NCBI RefSeq assembly: GCF_009914755.1
Contig: NC_060940.1
From: the human T2T-CHM13v2.0 reference genome, Homo sapiens
Reading direction: 5' to 3' (one strand)
DNA: 64,000 nucleotides
Part shown: one piece after another, positions 56,978 through 64,000 of the stretch
Position numbering within the stretch: position 1 is the stretch's first letter
Layout: each line of letters begins with the position of its first letter
Notes under the pieces: model-generated
Databases searched by the model: none
Told to the model about the DNA's origin: nothing
The model's input: only the letters and a program-made list of their open reading frames with translations
Translations under genes and position numbers: made by a program

Positions 56978-57643
56978 TGTGTTATGCCAATATCAACATA
57001 AACAGCAGCTAACACAATGGGGGTCTGGGCCCACGTGCCTCTCTGCTAATCACTAACTTTCATGATCTTCTCTGACCCTCACAATAAACCTGTCATAGAG
57101 GATCTATTATTACTCCAAACATACTTAGACTCAAAAAGGCTAGGACATTTGCTCAAGGTCCCGGCACTAGTAATTGGTAGGACTGGAATTTGAACCAGGC
57201 TCATGTAAGCTCATAAATCAAGACCCTTCTCCACCACACTTACTTGAAGGGGTAAACAGAGACTGAGCAATATGTGGGAGGAGTGGGTGGGAGGCTGGGG
57301 AGGGAGGTATGGAATAAATAATCATGGAAGGGGATGGCAGATGGAAATTAGAGAAATTAATACATCCAAGAATGTTCTCAGGGTTTTGGTCAAACCATGG
57401 ACTGACTCACCAATATAAAGACCACTCTCCTTGTCATCCCAAACCATTCACCTTCAAGTATCCACGGATCTGCACTGTCACTTTCTTAGCCCAGGTCAAC
57501 CTGTCACCCATGTGGATCCTTGATCAACACAGCACTAAAATTGTATGTAAAACTGGCTTAGCTAATACTCATTAGCTAGCCACACTTAGGCACATTACGT
57601 ATATTAGCTTCTTGAATCCTCACAACAATCCCCATGGATAGGT

Positions 57644-57703
57644 ATCATCATCATCCTCATCATCATCATCCTCATCATCATCATCCTCATCATCATCCCC
57701 ATC
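57644..57703. repeat. (CAT)n/(CATCATCATCCT)n microsatellite inside a MIR
   Basis: Directly visible; gives the poly-His spurious ORF. Confidence 0.9.
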
Positions 57704-58941
57704 CTTGTTGTAAGGTTTTCCAGCAAGCAATGGAAGACGGGGACTTGAACCCAGGTAATCTGCCACCTTCACCACAAAGTATAGCCATCGTTGATTGTGT
57801 CCTTACACTGCTCTAAGCATCTCCCCATGTCTTCTGCTTTAAGCAAACTTATGAGATGGGGAGTGTTTTCATTCCAATTTTACAGATGAGGAAACTTACG
57901 TTCAGAGTTCAAACCCTGAATTCTGTTCAGGTGTTTGGGGAGGTCAAACCCACCAAACACCACCCAGCCAAGGCCACGATCATTCACTGATCCTGCAGCT
58001 TTATGAGAATAATAAAAAAGATTCCCCTTACTCTGGGCAATTGCAGCCCTGAGTCTACAGTATGCCTTGATGACCAGAGTGTAGGTGAATTTTGGCTCCT
58101 ACTTAACTCCCTCCTGTAGTTATATCCTGAACAAGCATACGCAGAAACACTGCAGCCAGCTAAAAATAGGCAGAACTGAGATTCAAACCCAGGCCTGGCG
58201 TGGATCTAGTTTTTCATCATGTAGATGCTCCATCACCCACTCAGACACCACTCCCCCTCTTTTTTTTTAATCCAGTTCAAGAATCAACCCAATCCAAGGC
58301 TGCTCAATTAACGCTCAGTGCAGTATCCTCAAGCAGGCAAACGCTCAGAACGTAGACGGATCCCTCTAGATCATACTCCTCCCACCTCCTGGGGCTGTGG
58401 CCACTTCATCACAGTCTCAGAAAAAACTCTGGGCTCACAGAAGGTAACTCTGCACCATGAGACAATTTGTCGAATCCTTGCAGCCGGTACCGCATGTGGC
58501 CAAATCTCCCCACCCCAATCAGGCAGCCACTTCACACAGTGACCTTTCCTGATCTGCACTGTCAGGCTGCAATTTAGCCATTCTGAGGACTCTGTTGGAG
58601 GCTGCTTCAGCCAAAAGCTTGCCTCTGGGGAGCCCTCCCAGGGCCCTGGACTCCGTTCAGATGTCACTTTGCATTAAGGGCCCACTGTGTGGGGCTCCTG
58701 GAGAGGAAGAAAGCAAATCTCTGCTGAATGTCCCTAAGACAGAAGTCAAGTGAGGAGCAGGGGAGGCAAAAGAAAGACAGACAGACAGACGCTGGGCATC
58801 TAAAGAAGGGGTGGAGGACTGGTAGTTCCAACTGGCAGCAGAAATAATAATACCAGGAGCTTAACATTTACCAATCACTTAGGAAAAAAGATTAATACTA
58901 AGTGACAGTTTAAGATGTGCCAGGAACTCTATTAGGCATAA

Positions 58942-59237
58942 TTTTTCTTTTTTTTTTTTTTGAGACAGGGTCTGGCTCTGTTGGCCAGCTGGAGTGCAGC
59001 AGCATAATCGTAGCTCACTGCCACCTCAAGTGAGGCTCAAGTGATCTCCCACCTCAGCCTCCCGAGTAAATGAGACTACAGGCATACACCACCAGCTAAT
59101 TTATTTATTTATTTGTAGTAGAAGATGAGGTCCTACTATGTTGCCCAGGCTGGTCTCAAACTCCTGAGCTCAAGCCATCCTCCCGCTTCGGCCTCCTAAA
59201 CTGCTGGGATTACAGGTGTGAGCCACTGGGCCCCACC
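58942..59237 (-). mobile_element. AluJ-like
   Basis: gagacagggtctggctctg...ctcctgagctcaagccatcctccc; TSD tag(g/a)cataatt. Confidence 0.9.
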
Positions 59238-59544
59238 TAGACATAATTCTTCAAGTGGGGGCCGGTAACAGTTACTCCTCCCTTCTCCAATATAAAAATA
59301 GTGCAGTGTCCAAGCAGAGAGGCTACAAGATAAATCAATTGCCAGCAAAACCCTTGGTGTATAACTTAGCTATACAGTTTCACTCATGGCAAGAGTAACG
59401 GCAGCTGGGATTTCTTACTTACCTCCTACCTGTCAGGGATTGTGTGTGATTCTTTTGTTCTTCTTGGGGCTTGTCTTATTATGCTTATTGTAGACCGACT
59501 GCACTGATGGTCCCAAGCAATGGCCTGCTGTATGCTTGCCCTTG

Positions 59545-59940
59545 GCAATGTGCCCTGCTGCTTCTCCCAAGAGGTTGAGATGACTTGTCCATACCTTGAA
59601 TATGGGCAGGTCATGCGACCTGCTTTGGCCAAAAGAAGGTAGCAGAGGTGACCCTAAGTTTGGCTTCTCTGTCTTGGAACCCTGTCACTGCCATTTGCTC
59701 TCTACTGGAGGATGAGAGACCACGTGGAGGCGAGTCCAAATGACTTTCCTCTCAGTTGAGATAATCCTAGACCAGCTTAGAGGCAGCCAATCTCCAGACA
59801 TGACAGCCCAACTGAGATCAGGAGAACCACCACTGAGACCAGAAGAACCATCTAGCTCACCCAAAGACTCTTGAACAGTAACAAATAAAAATTTCTTACC
59901 GTTTTACCCCACTGAGTGTTGAGGTGATTTGTTAAAACAT
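59545..59940 (+). mobile_element. MaLR LTR (MLT1F/G/H-like)
   Basis: ccttgaatatgggcaggtcatgcgacctgctttggccaa...ccactgagtgttgaggtgatttgtt. Confidence 0.6.
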
Positions 59941-60081
59941 CCCAAGAATACAATAAATAGATTTTTTTAAAAAACCTGAGCCTCAGAGACATAAAGTCAC
60001 TTGTCTAAGGCAACCCAGCTGATAAGAGATGGAGCTGGGATTCTACACCATTGTAAGTTTTCATCCACGATGATCTATACC

Positions 60082-60303
60082 TAGGGTCAAGAAATCATTT
60101 TCTGTAAAGGACTGGCTAATAAATATTTTAGGCCTTGTAAGCCATACAGTCTCTGCCTCAACCTCTCAACCCTGCCATTGTAGAGTGAAACCAGTCATAG
60201 GGCGTATGTAAATGAATGGTGTGCTGTGTTCCAATAAAACTTTATTTCTAAAAACAGGTGGAGGGCCAGATTTGGCCTGTGAATGGCAGTTTGCTACCTC
60301 CTG
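60082..60303 (-). mobile_element. MER58A
   Basis: ttttctgtaaagggactggctaataaatattttaggc...ctgtgttccaataaaactttattt. Confidence 0.82.
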
Positions 60304-61943
60304 CTCTAGGTTGCTTCTCTGTATCATCACCATTTGTGCCAGCTTTTTTCCCCTTTCTCTGTCTGTCGCCTCCCTCTTTCCCTCCTCTAGAATTTCCACA
60401 TAAAATCCCGCAATTGTCTTCTGCCATGTTTATGTTCTACCCTGAGACAAGTGACAAGTACCTCTCAACTCAAGGGGCTTTGTTTCCCCAGCGTAAGTGT
60501 GTCTCAACTCCCTGATTTCATAAATCTATGTCATTTCCAGAAATCAGTTTGACTGATGTGTTTTCCCAATGTTAGGATGATATCTTTCTGGATTCCCTAG
60601 GTATGGGAATTTAAAAAGTTCTGATTGCATTCCAAATCCAAGACCCAACATCATCAGGGTGACAGTTGAGAATGCAAATGACTCCTATTCAGAATATTAA
60701 AAACAAAAGCTTCAGTTCTGTACCTAGGAAAATTTGACTGGCTCCAAAAAAAAGTTTGCAAAAAACCAAAATGAAAACAAAACAAACGCAAACATGCAAA
60801 CAAAACAAAACCCCAAACCCAGAGTGATGCAGAGGAAAGTCTAAGAGCTGTTTCATGATCCCACACACCCCGTCTCTGGGGCAACCTCTCTGTAAGAAGC
60901 AAGAAAGGAAGATGACGATGACTTTCTGCAGAGAACAAAAATTTGGCTTGAAGCAAATGAAATCCCAGTGATTTTCCATTTTAAGGATATCTATCTCATC
61001 CAAAAAATAAAATGTTATAATAGATTTCATTTTTTCCATCTCTTTCTTGTTCTTTTTGCCTCTTAGCTGTCCTACTTAGAATATCGAACCGTGTTGGCAA
61101 TCAAAGTAGACTCTGAACTTGGCTACTTTCTCCTCAGTTAAAAGAAAAAGAAAAAGAGGTAGACTTGAGTGTTTAGCAAAGCAGCTCATCCAGTTTAGAG
61201 GCTGAAAGCCACATCTTCAAAATTTCAACCAAGGAAAGTTAGGGTTAGTGTCAAACTTTCCATAATTTTTAACAACTTTCTAAGTAAAACTAAAGATGTC
61301 TATCTGGACTGACTTTAATTTTAAAAGTCTAAAGCACCAAAGGCAGCGGAAGGTCCATCTCATGTTTCATTACGGTTAAATTCTATTTCCAAGAACCACC
61401 AACCTCAGTCCCGGGACCTGGCATGGATGAAGCTATTTCTGGAGGCTGCCATGACTCTTGGAGCCAAGAACAAAGTGGAAGGAGACGCCTTACAGGCAGG
61501 GGCCTTCAACCGCATGGAAGTACCAGCAGATCCTGTGTTCAGAATCCCCTACTGTACTCTTAGCTCCCCAAACTGTTGAATCGACCCAAGGAGGTGTCAA
61601 AGCCTACCATGGAGCATGCACTTGTAAATGTCTGCAAATGACATGGGCTTTCTCTGTGTTAGATGTGGAATAATCGCTACTAACATAATTATCTCCATTA
61701 TAAAGATGAAGAGACTGAGGCCAAAGTCCAAGGCCCACAGCTAGTGAAGGGCAGAGCTGAGATTCACAGCCAGCTCATCTGACTTCAGGGCCTATCTGAA
61801 ACATGACAAAATAACTGACTTGGTAAATGATCCTATTAATTTGGGTGATCAGATAGAGGTGGTTACAATGTCCTGGGGTGGATCAACACCCTGGCTCTGC
61901 CACCAAATCCTGATCCTCCTCAGGCCACCTGACAATTGTCTTA

Positions 61944-62311
<368 letters not shown>

Positions 62312-62912
62312 TAATTGTCTCATTTTAAAAGAACTTTCATTCAATGAGCAGCATATGTAAGATGTGGGACCTGTGAGGTTGGCAGGCTGAGGTTATTTCC
62401 CATTACACAGATGTCGAAACTGAGGCCCAGGGGTCCTGCCCACTGTTACCCACCTGGTAGTGGCACAGTCAAGTATGAACAACAGATCCTGTGTGTCCAG
62501 CCCAGAACCAATAGAGGGGTTTGGATTTGGGTGGGGTGGAACACACCCACCTCAATTTTCCCAGCCTCTGTCTGTTCTAAGGCCAGAAATCCTCTGAGGC
62601 CCCTGAGCTGTGTTTTCCTAAAGCTCTGAAGGTCAAATACGGTGCTGAGGACCTCACACTTAGAATGTGCTGAGAAGGGGTACAGGAATGAAAGCTGCTG
62701 GCTTAAGTGAAAGACATATACAAAAAGACCTGGAAATTGTATTTTATCGCAATAGCTATTTATTCCTGCTGTTCGGTGTTACAAAAATGCCGTGTTCCAA
62801 AAAGGCTTAAACAAAAGACACTGTTCCACTGACCAAAAATTAAACAGATAAAACACAGTGTGGGGACGAGGTGTGGTAAGGAAAGGAATGAAGAGAAAAG
62901 AATATGATAGGA

Positions 62913-63080
62913 TGGCCAGGCACGGTAGCTGACACCTGTAATCCTAGCACTTAGGGAGGCCGAGACCTGTGGATCTCTTGACCCCAGGAGTTCAAGACCA
63001 GCCTGGGCAACATGGCAAAACATCGTCTCTACAAAAAAACCCATAAATAATTAGCCAGCTAGCCGGGCATGGTGGTGCCC
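62913..63080 (+). mobile_element. Alu left arm plus start of right arm (3'-truncated), followed by (CA)n/(TA)n
   Basis: ggccaggcacggtagctgacacctgtaatcc...ggcatggtggtgccc|actaaaccatacacac. Confidence 0.88.
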
Positions 63081-63090
63081 ACTAAACCAT

Positions 63091-63123
<33 letters not shown>

Positions 63124-64000
63124 TATATATCTGTGTGTGTCTATATATATGTTTTTTGAAAGGTTCTAAATATTATATATATTATATATACATGATGGGA
63201 AATTCAATTTGCCACCAGAAGCATTTAAAATAATACCATAGGTTTTATGAGAGATATGACCTCTGTCTCTGAGCTTATGAGACATGTGAGAGATATGAAT
63301 TGTCTTTGAGCTTCCTAGCAGGCAATGCAAAGAGGGAAACACAATTAGTTATTTGAATCTGTGTCACAGACGAGATTCCTCACTTCACAAAAAAAACTCT
63401 CCCATCTCTATTTTTTTCGTGTTATTATCTCTTGATTGTGTTCTGTTTCTCACATATCAGTTCCATCTCTGTATTTGCTGAGCTGATCTGTGTATCCAAA
63501 ATGACCTGCTGTGCAGGGCTCTTCACAATAGCCCCTGAAATTCAGAGAGGCTGGCTGATGTGGATCCCTGTACAGCTCTGGTATAGTCAAGTGTTTATTT
63601 ACTGAGCGTCACCTGAACAGACTGGCGATGAAGGAGAAGTTTAAAACCACTTTGGTAGGAGACGATGCCACCAGAATAGCAATGGGAAATGAAGCAGAGA
63701 AATCCCTGGCATTAAAGTTGAAGTGAATGAGAAAAGCACATTTGTGTTGACATCATCCCTGTTGGCCCACACATGGTCTTTCAGAAACACTTTCCTGCAC
63801 AAAGTGGGGCACATGGGAATACAGAGGCCACTTCCTCACATCTCTCCACACTTTGCCCAGTCCCACGGTCAGGGATGAGACGTTCATCCACTTCATCTCA
63901 GCCCTGAGCACTAAGGGGGCCACAGTGGGCAGGGTCACTGTGTGGGAGCCTCAGGAACCAGGACTCTGGCACATGCTGGGCAGCTCCATGCAATGGAATT

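Noticed and set aside
57467-58564. Shared 14-mer gatctgcactgtca about 1.1 kb apart
   Set aside because: Similarity does not extend; compatible with chance

Overview
This is human (primate) genomic DNA from inside the XYLT1 (xylosyltransferase 1) gene, which is transcribed from the minus strand. The only coding feature I can support is one 511-nt internal exon (29982-30492). It has canonical ag/GT boundaries, encodes [26 protein letters not shown]...RFCPLE/G of the luminal stem region, and matches exon 3 as I recall the gene. The rest is intron: about 25 Alu copies or fragments, MIR, L2 and L1 relics, MaLR and ERVL LTRs, hAT and Tc/mariner DNA-transposon fossils, and microsatellites. The other ORFs in the track look spurious. 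I found no new gene or multi-gene system. The most unusual signal is a set of at least six local templated-copy or fold-back rearrangements: two micro inverted triplications, a MITE carrying a copy of neighbouring DNA, an inverted L1 fragment copy, a tract shared between inverted Alus, and a perfected palindrome. Other candidates are poison exons, a strong-Kozak alternative ORF at the exon start, circRNA-favouring architecture, CTCF motifs and repeat-free enhancer-like blocks. Repeat subfamily names come from remembered consensus sequences, and their boundaries are approximate.
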